Source: an uncultured Chloroflexia bacterium | Lineage (GTDB): Bacteria; Chloroflexota; Limnocylindria; Limnocylindrales; CSP1-4 | Direction of reading: 5' to 3' | Length of the DNA stretch: 64,000 nucleotides | Assembly: GCA_963813335.1 (NCBI GenBank) | Contig: CAWEYL010000004.1 | Coordinates: forward strand, 1-64,000 | Shown: one piece after another, positions 37,401 to 46,021 of the stretch | Numbering within the stretch: position 1 is the stretch's first letter | How the letters are laid out: each line of letters begins with the position of its first letter | Translations under genes and position numbers: made by a program | Notes under the pieces: generated by a model | The model's input: only the letters and a program-made list of their open reading frames with translations | The model's database searches: none | What the model was told of the DNA's origin: nothing

Positions 37401-38052
37401 TGCCGCGCAGGACGGGGGCGTCCGGCGTCAGGCCGCGCCCGCGGAACGCGAGGACGTCGTCCTCGCGGACGAGCGCCCGGATGTCGTCGTGGTCGAGGAC
37501 GCTGATCCGATCGATCTCGTGCGACGTGCGGAAGCCGTCGAAGAAGTGCAGGAAGGGCACCCGCGCGCGCAGCGTGGCCGCATGGGCCACCAGGGCGAAG
37601 TCATGGGCCTCCTGGACGGACCCCGCCGCGAGCATCGCCCACCCGGTCGAGCGGGCATGCATCACGTCGCTGTGGTCGCCGAAGATCGAGAGTGCATGGG
37701 TCGCGATCGTCCGGGCCGCCACGTGCATGACCGCTGGCGTCAGCTCGCCGGCGATCTTGAACATGTTCGGGATCATCAGGAGGAGCCCCTGGGACGCCGT
37801 GAACGTCGTCGCCAGGGCGCCGGCCTGCAGCGCGCCGTGCAGCGCGCCGGCGGCACCCGCCTCCGACTGCATCTCGACGACCTCGGGCACCTTGCCCCAC
37901 AGGTTCGGGCGCCCGGCGGCCGACCAGTCGTCGCAGTGCTCGGCCATCTGGCTCGCCGGGGTGATCGGGTAGATGGCGATCACCTCGCTCAGGGCGTAGG
38001 CGATGCGAGCAGCCGCCTCATTGCCGTCCAGGCATTCGTCGCGCGGGTCCAA
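34453..38052 (-). CDS. nifJ: pyruvate:ferredoxin (flavodoxin) oxidoreductase
   Basis: DGNEAA, YPITP, MQSEAGA, two CxxCxxCxxxCP, GACGGCGE, GGDGWAYD; TTG start with AAGGAG. Confidence 0.95.
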   Translation of the reverse strand: MDPRDECLDGNEAAARIAYALSEVIAIYPITPASQMAEHCDDWSAAGRPNLWGKVPEVVEMQSEAGAAGALHGALQAGALATTFTASQGLLLMIPNMFKIAGELTPAVMHVAARTIATHALSIFGDHSDVMHARSTGWAMLAAGSVQEAHDFALVAHAATLRARVPFLHFFDGFRTSHEIDRISVLDHDDIRALVREDDVLAFRGRGLTPDAPVLRGTAQNPDVFFQAREASNPFHLAVPGIVEDVFEELAARTGRQYGLVDYHGAPDADRVIVVMGSAAGALEETVDALVATGERVGMIRVRLFQPFPAAQLLGALPPTVGAIAVLDRTKEPGAIGEPLYLDVVAALAEAMDRDEPPFATVPRVIGGRYGLSSKELTPAMLKPVFDALATARPLRHFTLGIEDDVTHLSLPIDPVFRAARPAGEVQALFFGLGSDGTVGANKASVKIIGESTDRYAQGYFVYDSKKSGSITVSHLRFGPEPIRSTYLVDEADFVACHQFGLLGRVPMLEHAKAGATFLLNAPYGPAEVWAHLPVGVQQQIVDKSIDLWVIDALAVAAEVGMGSRINTVMQPCFFHLAGILPPAEAIAGIKAFVKKTYAKRGEAIVARNFAAIDAAIERLAHVAPGPVGSALPAVAPAATVPEFVTRFTARLLAGDGDRLPVSALPVDGTFPTGTAAYEKRAIAQTIPVWDPAICIDCGKCAMVCPHASIRMKVFPTASLEGAPAGFLHKEFRSRELVDHRLTIQVAPDDCTGCGVCVDVCPAKSKTDISHKAIDMAPVAEHRDVERERWDFFRTIPRLDRSVLPHDTVKGSQLLEPLFEFSGACGGCGETPYIRLVTQLFGDRMIVANATGCSSIYGANLPTTPWTVDAAGRGPAWANSLFEDNAEFGLGMRLALDAQGDQAGRLLERLAPRLDADLVAGILAADQDDEPGIALQRERVERLRTALAAIDGPDASDARQLLAIAGALVRRGVWIIGGDGWAYDIGFGGLDQVLSSGRNVNILVLDTEVYSNTGGQSSKSTPRGAVAKFAAAGKRTAKKDLGAIARSYGDVYVAQVSMGASDAQTTNALLEAEAWPGPSLVIAYSTCIAHGIDMAKSMSHQKDAVRSGYWPLYRFHPSEIEGGKPFKLDSGPPSIPIAEFAAGETRFAILGRTHPERAAELATLAQKDADERWHYYQGLAGIERTVPHLERPHDEGDGA

Positions 38053-38122
38053 CGGGCAGCTCCTTGGGGATACGGACGGAAGGATCGGCTTCCATCCTCC
38101 CGTCGCCCATGGCCGGTCGCTA

Positions 38123-38211
38123 GGGCCTTTCGGACGCGTCTGGAGGGCCTTCCGGCACTCGGCACGGCGTCGCCTCGACGCTTCCATGTGGGGGGACGGG
38201 ATCGAGGTCCC
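38123..38211. promoter_or_regulatory. three DosR-like boxes in the nifJ/flavodoxin divergent promoter
   Basis: GGGCCTTTCGGACG (38123), GGGCCTTCCGGCAC (38145), GGGATCGAGGTCCC (38198). Confidence 0.65.
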
Positions 38212-38235
38212 ATGTCCGGATCGAGGAGACATGCC

Positions 38236-38745
38236 ATGCGCGCCATCGTGGTCTACGAGTCGCACTGGGGGAACACGGCCGCCGTCGCCAGGGCGATCGC
38301 GGACGGCATCGGGCCGGAGGCCAGGGCGCTGACGACCGACGAGGCCACCGCCGACGCGGTCGCCGGCGTCGACCTGATCGTCGCCGGGGGGCCCGTGATG
38401 GCCTTCCGACTGCCGACCGAGAAGATGCTCGAGGGACTGGCGACCAGGCCCGCGAATGGACCGGCGCCCGACCTCACCCATCCGTCGATGCGGGCATGGC
38501 TGAGCGGCCTGTCCGTCGGGCACGGGCGCGGCGTCGCGTTCGAGACCGGGGTCCGCTGGTCGCCGGGCAGTGCGACCGGGGCCATCGAGGCGGAGCTCCG
38601 CCGAGCCGGCTACACCCCGATCACCCGCAGCCGACGCTTCGTCGTGACCGGCACCACCGGACCGCTCAAGACCGGCGAGATCGAGCGCGCCCAGGCATGG
38701 GGCGAGGAGCTGGCGGCGGCCATGGGGGCGGCGCTGGTCGCCTGA
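38236..38745 (+). CDS. flavodoxin family protein
   Basis: VVYESHWGNT, DLIVAGGP, GE.ERA..WG. Confidence 0.85.
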   Translation: MRAIVVYESHWGNTAAVARAIADGIGPEARALTTDEATADAVAGVDLIVAGGPVMAFRLPTEKMLEGLATRPANGPAPDLTHPSMRAWLSGLSVGHGRGVAFETGVRWSPGSATGAIEAELRRAGYTPITRSRRFVVTGTTGPLKTGEIERAQAWGEELAAAMGAALVA

Positions 38746-39867
38746 TCAGCGCCCGCCGGCCAGCGCCTTCTGGACGGCCCGCGCGACCACGACATCCTCC
38801 CGGGCGCGGATCCGCAGCACCGCGGCCGACCCGGACGCGAGGACCGCGTCCTCGGTCGAGCCGTCGTCGCTGAGCGGGGCCGACCCGACGAGCCCCAGCC
38901 CGGCCAGCCGTTCGCAGACCCGTGCCCGGATCAGGGGCGCGCGCTCGCCGATGCCGCCGGTGAAGACGATCCCGTCGACGTGCGGCAGGCTGGTCGCGGC
39001 CGCGGCGATCCCCGCGGCCGCCCGGCGCACGAACACGTCGATGGCCAGGCGCGCGCGCTCGTCGCCGGCGGTGCTCCGCTCGATCAGCTGGGCCATGTCC
39101 GCCGTGCCGCCGAGGCCCAGCAGCCCGGACCGGTGGTCGAGGTCGTCCTCGATGGCCGCGGCGGATCGACCGTCGCGGATCAGCCGGAAGATGATCCCGG
39201 GATCGATCGACCCGGCGCGCGTCCCCATCATCAGGCCTTCGAGTGGCGTCATCCCCATCGAGGTATCGACGGAGCGGCCGCCGTCGACCGCGGTCACCGA
39301 GCAGCCCCCGCCCAGGTGGGCGACGAGGAGTCGCAGGCCCGTGCCCGGCCGGCCGAGAAGCTCCGCCGCCCGCTGGACCGACCACTCGACCGACAGCCCG
39401 TGGAACCCGTAGCGCCGCACGCCCGCCGCCACCCAGTCGTCGGGCACCGGATAGCGCGCGGCCGCCTCGGGGAGCGTCGCGTGGAACGCGGTGTCGAACG
39501 CCGCCACGTGGACGGCGCCGGGCAGGACCGCGCGCGCCGCGCGGATGGTCTCGGCCGCGATGGGGTTGTGCAGCGGAGCGAGGTCGCCGAGCGCCGCGAT
39601 GGCGCGGACCACGTCGTCGTCCACGACCACCGGGGCGACGAACCGCTCCCCGCCGTGGACGACCCGATAGCCGACGCCGTCGATGGTGTCGAGGGGCGTC
39701 CCGGCCCGCGCGATCCCCGCGGCGACGTCGGAGACCACGGCATGCCGGGCGGCCGGATCGGGATCCGTCCAGGACGTGGTCGAGTCGGACCGGGGGGCGG
39801 TGCCCGGCAGGTCCAGCACCGTCGCCTTGAGGTTCGCCGACCCGGGGTTGAGGATGAGGACGCGCAC
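38746..39867 (-). CDS. ackA: acetate/propionate kinase
   Basis: RVVHGG, LAPLHN, FDTAFH, RYGFHG, HLGGGCS, TPLEG, FTGGIGE. Confidence 0.93.
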   Translation of the reverse strand: MRVLILNPGSANLKATVLDLPGTAPRSDSTTSWTDPDPAARHAVVSDVAAGIARAGTPLDTIDGVGYRVVHGGERFVAPVVVDDDVVRAIAALGDLAPLHNPIAAETIRAARAVLPGAVHVAAFDTAFHATLPEAAARYPVPDDWVAAGVRRYGFHGLSVEWSVQRAAELLGRPGTGLRLLVAHLGGGCSVTAVDGGRSVDTSMGMTPLEGLMMGTRAGSIDPGIIFRLIRDGRSAAAIEDDLDHRSGLLGLGGTADMAQLIERSTAGDERARLAIDVFVRRAAAGIAAAATSLPHVDGIVFTGGIGERAPLIRARVCERLAGLGLVGSAPLSDDGSTEDAVLASGSAAVLRIRAREDVVVARAVQKALAGGR

Positions 39868-39875
39868 GGGCCGGG

Positions 39876-42278
39876 TCAGCCCGCGCCCGGCCAGGTCCAG
39901 TCGCGGATCTCCGGCGGGTCCTCGCCATGCTCGCGGGTGTAGGCGCGGGCGCGGAGCCGCTCGTCGGCGAGGTGCTGGCGAAGGGAGGCCGAGTGGGCCC
40001 CGAGGCCGGGCACCCGGTCGATGACGTCCATGGCGAGGTGGAAGCGGTCCAGGTCGTTGCGCATGACCATGTCGAACGGGGTGGTCACGGTCCCCTCCTC
40101 CTTGTAGCCGCGGACGTGGAGGTTGGCGTGGTTGGTCCGCCGGTAGGCCAGCCGATGGATCAGCCATGGGTAGCCGTGGTAGGCGAAGATGACCGGCCGA
40201 TCCGTCGTGAACAGGGCGTCGAACTGCGCGCTCGTCAGCCCGTGCGGGTGCTCCGTCTCGTCGACGAGGCGCATCAGGTCCACGACGTTGACGACCCGGA
40301 CGCGCAATGACGGTAGGTGCTGCCGCAGGATGGCGACCGCCGCGAGCGTCTCGAGGGTCGGGATGTCGCCGGCGCAGGCCATCACGACGTCGGGCTCGCC
40401 GGCGTCGTTGCTGGCCCAGTCCCAGATGCCGATGCCGCGGGTGCAGTGCAGGACCGCGTCATCCATGGACAGGTAGGTCAGGGCGGGCTGCTTGCCGGCG
40501 ACGATCACGTTGACGTAGTTCCGGCTGCGCAGGCAGTGGTCCGCCACCGAGAGCAGGCAGTTCGTGTCCGGCGGCAGGTACACCCGGATCACCTCGGCCC
40601 GCTTGTTGACGACGTGGTCGATGAACCCGGGGTCCTGGTGGGAGAAGCCGTTGTGGTCCTGCCGCCAGACGTGGCTGGTCAACAGGTAGTTGAGCGACGC
40701 GATCGGGCGGCGCCAGCCGATCTCCCGGGTCATCTTCAGCCACTTGGCGTGCTGGTTGAACATCGAGTCGATGACGTGGATGAACGCCTCGTAGCAGTCG
40801 AACAGGCCGTGCCGGCCGGTCAGCAGGTATCCCTCGAGCCAGCCCTGGCAGAGGTGCTCGGAGAGCACCTCCATGACCCGTCCACCGGGCGCGAGGTGCT
40901 CGTCGGTGGGTCGTGTCTCGGCCATCCAGACGCGGTCGGTCACCTCGAAGACGGCATCCAGCCGGTTCGAGGCCGTCTCGTCCGGCCCGAAGAGCCGGAA
41001 GGTGTGCGGGTTGTCCCGGATCACGTCCCGCAGCCATGTCCCGAGGACGCGGGTGGCCTCGCTGGTGGCGGTCGCCGGCGACGGCACCGCGACGCCGTAG
41101 TCGCGGAAGTCCGGCAGGGCCAGGTCGCGCAGGAGTACCCCGCCGTTGGCGTGCGGGTTCGCGCTCATCCGGGCCTCGCCGCGCGGCGCGAGCTCGAGGA
41201 TGGATGCGATCGGCCGGCCGTCGTCGTCGAAGAGCTCCTCAGGCCGGTACGAGCGCATCCACGCGTCGAGCTGGGCCAGGTGCGCCGGGTTGCCGCGCAC
41301 GTCCGACAGCGGGACCTGATGGGCCCGCCAGGTGCCTTCCATGGGCTTGCCGTCGACGATCTTCGGGCCTGTCCAGCCCTTGGGGGTCCGCATGACGATC
41401 ATCGGCCACGGCGGGCGGATCGCGGCCCCGGCCCGGGCGGCGGCCCGGATCCCGTCGACCTCATCGAGCGCGCGATCCATGGCCGCAGCCATCTGGGCAT
41501 GGACGGCCATCGGCTCGTCGCCTTCCACCAGGATGGGCTCGTACCCGTAGCCTCGGAACAGCTGGCGCAGGCGGTCGTCGCCGATGCGGTCGAGGATCGT
41601 CGGGTTGGCGATCTTGTAGCCGTTCAGGGCGAGGATCGGGATCACGGCGCCGTCGACGGTCGGGTCGAGGAAGGTGTTCGAATGCCAGCTCGCCGCCAGC
41701 GGGCCGGTCTCGGCCTCCCCGTCGCCGACGACGCAGAAGACCACGAGGTCCGGGTTGTCGAACGCCGCACCGAAGGCGTGCACGAGGGCATAGCCGAGCT
41801 CCCCGCCCTCGTGGATGGACCCGGGCGTCTCGGGCGTGACGTGACTGCCGATCCCGCCGGGGAACGAGAACTGGCGGAAGAGCCGCTGCATGCCCGCCTC
41901 GTCACGGGTCAGCGCGGCGTCCAGCTCGCCCGAGGTCCCTTCGAGATAGGCGTTGGCGACCGCGGCCGGCCCGCCGTGCCCGGGCCCGACGACCCAGATG
42001 GCATCCAGGCCGCGCTCCGTGATCACGCGGTCGGCGTGGGCGTAGACGAGGTTCAGGCCGGGGGTCGTCCCCCAGTGGCCGAGGAGCCGCGGCTTGACGT
42101 GCTCGGGTCGGAGCGGCTCGCGCAGGAGCGCGTTGTCGAGGAGGTAGATCTGCCCGACCGAGAGGTAGTTCGCCGCCCGCCAGTAGGCATCGATCCGTGC
42201 GAGCTCGGCCGGGCTCGGCGTCGTGGTCGCGGCGGGATCGCCTGCGGTCCGCGCCCGATCGGTCGTCGGGTCTGCCAT
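39876..42278 (-). CDS. xfp: phosphoketolase (xylulose-5-P/fructose-6-P)
   Basis: [42 protein letters not shown]. Confidence 0.95.
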   Translation of the reverse strand: MADPTTDRARTAGDPAATTTPSPAELARIDAYWRAANYLSVGQIYLLDNALLREPLRPEHVKPRLLGHWGTTPGLNLVYAHADRVITERGLDAIWVVGPGHGGPAAVANAYLEGTSGELDAALTRDEAGMQRLFRQFSFPGGIGSHVTPETPGSIHEGGELGYALVHAFGAAFDNPDLVVFCVVGDGEAETGPLAASWHSNTFLDPTVDGAVIPILALNGYKIANPTILDRIGDDRLRQLFRGYGYEPILVEGDEPMAVHAQMAAAMDRALDEVDGIRAAARAGAAIRPPWPMIVMRTPKGWTGPKIVDGKPMEGTWRAHQVPLSDVRGNPAHLAQLDAWMRSYRPEELFDDDGRPIASILELAPRGEARMSANPHANGGVLLRDLALPDFRDYGVAVPSPATATSEATRVLGTWLRDVIRDNPHTFRLFGPDETASNRLDAVFEVTDRVWMAETRPTDEHLAPGGRVMEVLSEHLCQGWLEGYLLTGRHGLFDCYEAFIHVIDSMFNQHAKWLKMTREIGWRRPIASLNYLLTSHVWRQDHNGFSHQDPGFIDHVVNKRAEVIRVYLPPDTNCLLSVADHCLRSRNYVNVIVAGKQPALTYLSMDDAVLHCTRGIGIWDWASNDAGEPDVVMACAGDIPTLETLAAVAILRQHLPSLRVRVVNVVDLMRLVDETEHPHGLTSAQFDALFTTDRPVIFAYHGYPWLIHRLAYRRTNHANLHVRGYKEEGTVTTPFDMVMRNDLDRFHLAMDVIDRVPGLGAHSASLRQHLADERLRARAYTREHGEDPPEIRDWTWPGAG

Positions 42279-42357
42279 CGGTCGCGCCCTCCGCCTGCTG
42301 CATCCGGGTCCGCTGTCGGGTCCGGCCCTCGGTCAAGACTAGCCGGACGGCGAGGGG

Positions 42358-42807
42358 TCAGGCGGGGACGACGATCACCTCGCACGGCGCGCGCCGCGCC
42401 ACCTCGGAGGAGACGCTCCCGAGCAGCAGCCGACGGAGGTCCGTCCGGCGGCGCGAGCCGAGCACGATGACGTCGGCGCTCTCGGACGCCGACGCCTCGA
42501 GGATGGATTCGGCCGGGTCGCCCTCCCAGATCAGGTAGGTCGCCGCGACGCCGGAAGCACGGGCCCGGCCGACGATGTCGCGGACCCCGACCTCGAGACG
42601 GTCTCGCTCCTGGTCGACGCGACGCGACCGGCCGCCCGGCAGGTGCAGGTTCGACTGCTCGACGACGCTGAAGACCAGCAGCTCGGCGCGCTCGGTCGCT
42701 GCCATGCGGATGGCCTCGTCGATGGCGCCCTTCGAGGCGCTTGACAGATCGATCGCCAGCAGGACGCGTCGGCCAGGTTCGCTCGGGAGCGGTTCCATGC
42801 CGGGCAT
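42358..42807 (-). CDS. universal stress protein
   Basis: VLLAID, EGDPAESI, LGS, LLGSVS; start may be 42798. Confidence 0.88.
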   Translation of the reverse strand: MPGMEPLPSEPGRRVLLAIDLSSASKGAIDEAIRMAATERAELLVFSVVEQSNLHLPGGRSRRVDQERDRLEVGVRDIVGRARASGVAATYLIWEGDPAESILEASASESADVIVLGSRRRTDLRRLLLGSVSSEVARRAPCEVIVVPA

Positions 42808-42834
42808 GGTGCGGCCGGCCGGCTGTCAGGCCAT

Positions 42835-42898
42835 GGTCCATTCGGGCCGAGTTCGCGGGCCGAGTGGCCCCAGCTTGGTCACAGCCACCTGCTACGCT
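42835..42898. promoter_or_regulatory. paired DosR-like boxes and leaderless -10 (possible autoregulation)
   Basis: GGTCCATTCGGGCC (42835), GGGCCGAGTGGCCC (42857), TACGCT (42893) 6 nt before GTG. Confidence 0.6.
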
Positions 42899-42904
42899 CG
42901 GCGA

Positions 42905-44080
42905 GTGACGCCGACCGACCAGTCACCGCCGGACCTCGAGGTCTTCAGTGCCATCGATACCGCGACCCGGGCGATCGCCGGGCTGGGCTCGGTCGACGAG
43001 GTCCTGCAGGTGATCGTCGACCAGGTGCGTCCGCTCGTCGGGGCGCGCTACGCGGCGCTGGGCATCGTCGACGACCACGGCGTCATCGAGCGGTTCATCA
43101 CCTCGGGCATGAGCGCCGCCACGCGGGCGTCGATCGGTCCCCTGCCCCGCGGCCACGGCTTCCTCGGGCTGATCATCCGCGAGAACCGCTCGTTCCGGAT
43201 TTCCGACATCGCCGTGGATCCGCGGCGGCACGGCTTCCCGCTGCACCACCCGCCGATGCACAGCTTCCTCGGCGTGCCGGTCAGCGTGAAAGGCCGGTCG
43301 GTCGGCAACCTGTACTTGACCGACAAGGCGGGCGCGACCGAGTTCTCGGCAGACGACCAGGAGCTCGTGGAGACGTTCGCGCGCCATGCGGCGATCGCCA
43401 TCGAGAACGCCCGACTGCACGAGCAGGTCCGTCGGCTGGCCATCGTCGACGAGCGCGAGCGGATCAGCAACGACCTCCACGACGGGATCATCCAGAGCCT
43501 CTACGGCGTCGGCCTGTCGCTCGAGGACGTGCCGGACATGCTCGAGGACGACCCGGACGAGGTGGTCCGCCGGGTGGAGCGGGCGATCGACAACATCCAC
43601 TTCGCGATCCGCGACATCCGAAACTTCATCTTCGGCCTGCGTCCGGAGCTCCTCAGCGGCACGACCCTGATGGTCGGCATCGCCGCGATCCTCGAGGAGT
43701 TCCGCCACAACTCGATCATCGACGTCGAGCTGCGCGCCGGCGAGGGCGACCGCGAGCCGTCGCCGGACGACACCGCCCACCTGCTCGGCATCGTCAACGA
43801 GGCGCTCAGCAACATCGCCCGCCATTCCGGCGCGTCGCGGGCGCTCGTCGACGTCGAGATCGAGAAGGACGGTCGCGTCCGCATCGCGGTGACCGATAAT
43901 GGCCATGGCTTCGACGCGTCGTCGGCGGTGAGCCTGGGCCACCAGGGTCTCGCCAACATGCGCTCGCGGGCCGCCGGGATCGGCGCCACGATCACGTTCG
44001 AGAGCGGTCGGAACGGCACGACCGTGCAGATCACCCTGCCGGGGCCGGACTCGGCCGACGCTGGAGCTGCCAAGGCATGA
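42905..44080 (+). CDS. soluble GAF-domain sensor histidine kinase (DosS/DevS-like, HisKA_3)
   Basis: ARYAALG, P.G.G.LG, GFP.HHPPM.SFLGVP, GNLYLT, ERERISNDLHD, EALSN. Confidence 0.9.
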   Translation: MTPTDQSPPDLEVFSAIDTATRAIAGLGSVDEVLQVIVDQVRPLVGARYAALGIVDDHGVIERFITSGMSAATRASIGPLPRGHGFLGLIIRENRSFRISDIAVDPRRHGFPLHHPPMHSFLGVPVSVKGRSVGNLYLTDKAGATEFSADDQELVETFARHAAIAIENARLHEQVRRLAIVDERERISNDLHDGIIQSLYGVGLSLEDVPDMLEDDPDEVVRRVERAIDNIHFAIRDIRNFIFGLRPELLSGTTLMVGIAAILEEFRHNSIIDVELRAGEGDREPSPDDTAHLLGIVNEALSNIARHSGASRALVDVEIEKDGRVRIAVTDNGHGFDASSAVSLGHQGLANMRSRAAGIGATITFESGRNGTTVQITLPGPDSADAGAAKA

Positions 44081-44754
44081 CTGAGACATCGACCAGCCCC
44101 GGGCGACCGCTGACCATCCTGGTGGTCGACGACCACGAGGTCGTCCGCCAGGGTCTCTCGGCGATGCTCGACCGCCGACCAGGGTTCCAGGTGGTCGCGG
44201 AGGCCGGCACCGTCGCCGAGGCGATCGAGGCCGCCAAGCGCTTCCAGCCCGACGTGGTCGTGATGGATGTCCGGCTGCCGGACGGCTCCGGCGTGGAGGC
44301 CTGCCGGGAGATCCGCGCCGAGCTGCCGGACACCCGGGTCGTGATGCTGACGAGCTACCCGGACGAGGAGGCCGTCATCGCCGCGATCATCGCCGGGGCC
44401 AGCGGCTACCTGCTCAAGCAGGTCCGGGCCCGCGACCTCGTCGCGGCCCTCGAGGCCGTCGGTCGGGGCGAATCCCTGCTCGACCCGGCGGTGACCGGCA
44501 AGGTCCTCGAGCGGATGCGCCGGATCGCCTCCTCCGACCAGCCCGACGAGCTCGCCGCCCTGACCCAGCAGGAGCGCAAGATCCTGGCGCTCGTCGCCGA
44601 GGGCAAGACCAACAAGGAGATCGCGGCCGACGTCTTCCTGTCCGACAAGACGGTCAAGAACTACGTGAGCTCGATCCTCGCCAAGCTCAACCTCGAGCGG
44701 CGGGCGCAGGCGGCGGCATACGTCGCCAAGCTCAAGACGCACGGCAGCGACTGA
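44077..44754 (+). CDS. NarL/LuxR family response regulator (DosR/DevR-like)
   Basis: VDDHEVVR.G, DVRLPDGSG, LT.QE..IL..G.TNKEIA..LS.KTVKNYVS.ILAKL. Confidence 0.92.
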   Translation: MTETSTSPGRPLTILVVDDHEVVRQGLSAMLDRRPGFQVVAEAGTVAEAIEAAKRFQPDVVVMDVRLPDGSGVEACREIRAELPDTRVVMLTSYPDEEAVIAAIIAGASGYLLKQVRARDLVAALEAVGRGESLLDPAVTGKVLERMRRIASSDQPDELAALTQQERKILALVAEGKTNKEIAADVFLSDKTVKNYVSSILAKLNLERRAQAAAYVAKLKTHGSD

Positions 44755-44795
44755 GTCCGGCCCGTCGATCCGGCCGGCCCAGTGCGCTCAGGGTG

Positions 44796-44823
44796 GTGAG
44801 GGGCGCCGGGGGGCGCCCCTCAC
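44796..44823. terminator. bidirectional hairpin
   Basis: 12-bp perfect stem GTGAGGGGCGCC / GGCGCCCCTCAC. Confidence 0.65.
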
Positions 44824-44828
44824 GAGGG

Positions 44829-45767
44829 TCACGAGGCGAGCGGTGCCGCCGTCGGCGTGACGACGTGCGTCGTCGAGACCGGTCGGTCGCCACGCAGCAC
44901 CCGCCATGCGAGGAGCAGGACGGCTCCGAACCCGAACAGCGAGGCGATGGCCCCGACGAACGGGATGATCGTCATGACCTCGAGCAGCAGGATGCCGATG
45001 ACCGCGGCGAGGTACGGGCGGTCGCGCTCGACCGTCGGGCTCGTCCGACGCAGGACCCACTCGCCGATCGCGATGCCGGCCACGAGGTAGCCGGCGAAGG
45101 CCGCCAGCGGCCAGAGGCCGAAGAGCAGGCCGAAGGCGAGGGGCATGCCGATGATGGTGATGCTCAGTAGCACGGCCAGCAGGATCGGGGCGACGACCCC
45201 GACGATGCCCACCCCGAGGGTGAGGAACGGCTCCTGGGCCATCAGGCGCTCCGCGGAGCGGACCTGGCGCGACGCCAGGCCGGCCATCAGCAGCCCGGCC
45301 GCGATCCCCGCGACCGAGAGGCCGAGGAAGAACAGGAAGGCCATCGGGGCGAGGATGTACCAGATGCCCGCGAGGTCCTTCGCAAGGTCGCGCACGCTGC
45401 CGCCCACGACCACCGACGCGTCGCTCGTCACCGTCGAATTGACGGTCACGACGTCGCCCGCGACGCGGGTCCCGCCACTCAGCTCGACCGGGCTGCGGAC
45501 GGCGAAGATCGTCTGCACGGTCGCGCCCGTGAGGTGGGCCGCGCCATCGATGACGACGACGGTGTCGACGTCGCCGGCGACCGTCGCCACGCCCCCGGTC
45601 ACGAACAGGAGGTCGGCCTGGTCCCCGGCCGGGATGGTCGCGTCACCCTGGGTCGACACGACGATCCGACCGGTGTGCGTCGTCGACGGGTCGGCGGCGA
45701 GCGCGACGGGGACCGCGATCAGGAAGGCACCGAGCACCAGCCCGAGCAGGATCGACAGCCGTCTCAT
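44829..45767 (-). CDS. membrane protein with signal peptide, beta-helix/bactofilin-like repeats and a multi-TM C-terminus
   Basis: V.GDV repeats; ITIIG.P; IPFVG..FG.GA. Confidence 0.65.
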   Translation of the reverse strand: MRRLSILLGLVLGAFLIAVPVALAADPSTTHTGRIVVSTQGDATIPAGDQADLLFVTGGVATVAGDVDTVVVIDGAAHLTGATVQTIFAVRSPVELSGGTRVAGDVVTVNSTVTSDASVVVGGSVRDLAKDLAGIWYILAPMAFLFFLGLSVAGIAAGLLMAGLASRQVRSAERLMAQEPFLTLGVGIVGVVAPILLAVLLSITIIGMPLAFGLLFGLWPLAAFAGYLVAGIAIGEWVLRRTSPTVERDRPYLAAVIGILLLEVMTIIPFVGAIASLFGFGAVLLLAWRVLRGDRPVSTTHVVTPTAAPLAS

Positions 45768-45889
45768 GATGGTTCCTCCACGGGCATCTCGGGTGCGTGC
45801 ATGGCCACGGACCGAGCGATCAGCGAGGTCACGACCACGACGATGATGGTGGCCACGACGGATAGGGCGATCGGGACGACGAGGCGCAT
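45764..45889 (-). CDS. 41-aa single-TM small protein (not in the ORF track)
   Basis: MRLVVPIALSVVATIIVVVVTSLIARSVAMHAPEMPVEEPS*; GGAGG RBS; ATGA overlap with the downstream gene. Confidence 0.6.
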   Translation of the reverse strand: MRLVVPIALSVVATIIVVVVTSLIARSVAMHAPEMPVEEPS

Positions 45890-45963
45890 GGCGGACCCTC
45901 CATAGGCGACACCGGATCAGACGATGTCATGGTCACGGTCCTCCGTCGGGCGCGAGGATCCCA

Positions 45964-46000
45964 GCGCCGTTCGTCGCGAACGCCGGAGTCCGTTCGGCCC
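45964..46000. promoter_or_regulatory. paired DosR-like boxes
   Basis: GCGCCGTTCGTCGC (45964) and AGTCCGTTCGGCCC (45987). Confidence 0.5.
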
Positions 46001-46021
46001 GAAGCGCGCGCGTGGCGCGGG

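Noticed and set aside
35635-38235. Long antisense and alternate-frame ORFs (e.g. the 1036-aa ORF at 35635, 59029-61818, 40317-42470, 52970-55102)
   Set aside because: They are shadows of well-supported genes, typical of high-GC DNA, Arg/Gly/Pro-rich and without motifs. Only the 38236-38745 tail of the 1036-aa ORF is a real gene.
42306-42328. Possible DosR-like boxes upstream of xfp
   Set aside because: Only half-site matches, too weak against the GC-rich background; xfp may be co-transcribed from the USP promoter.
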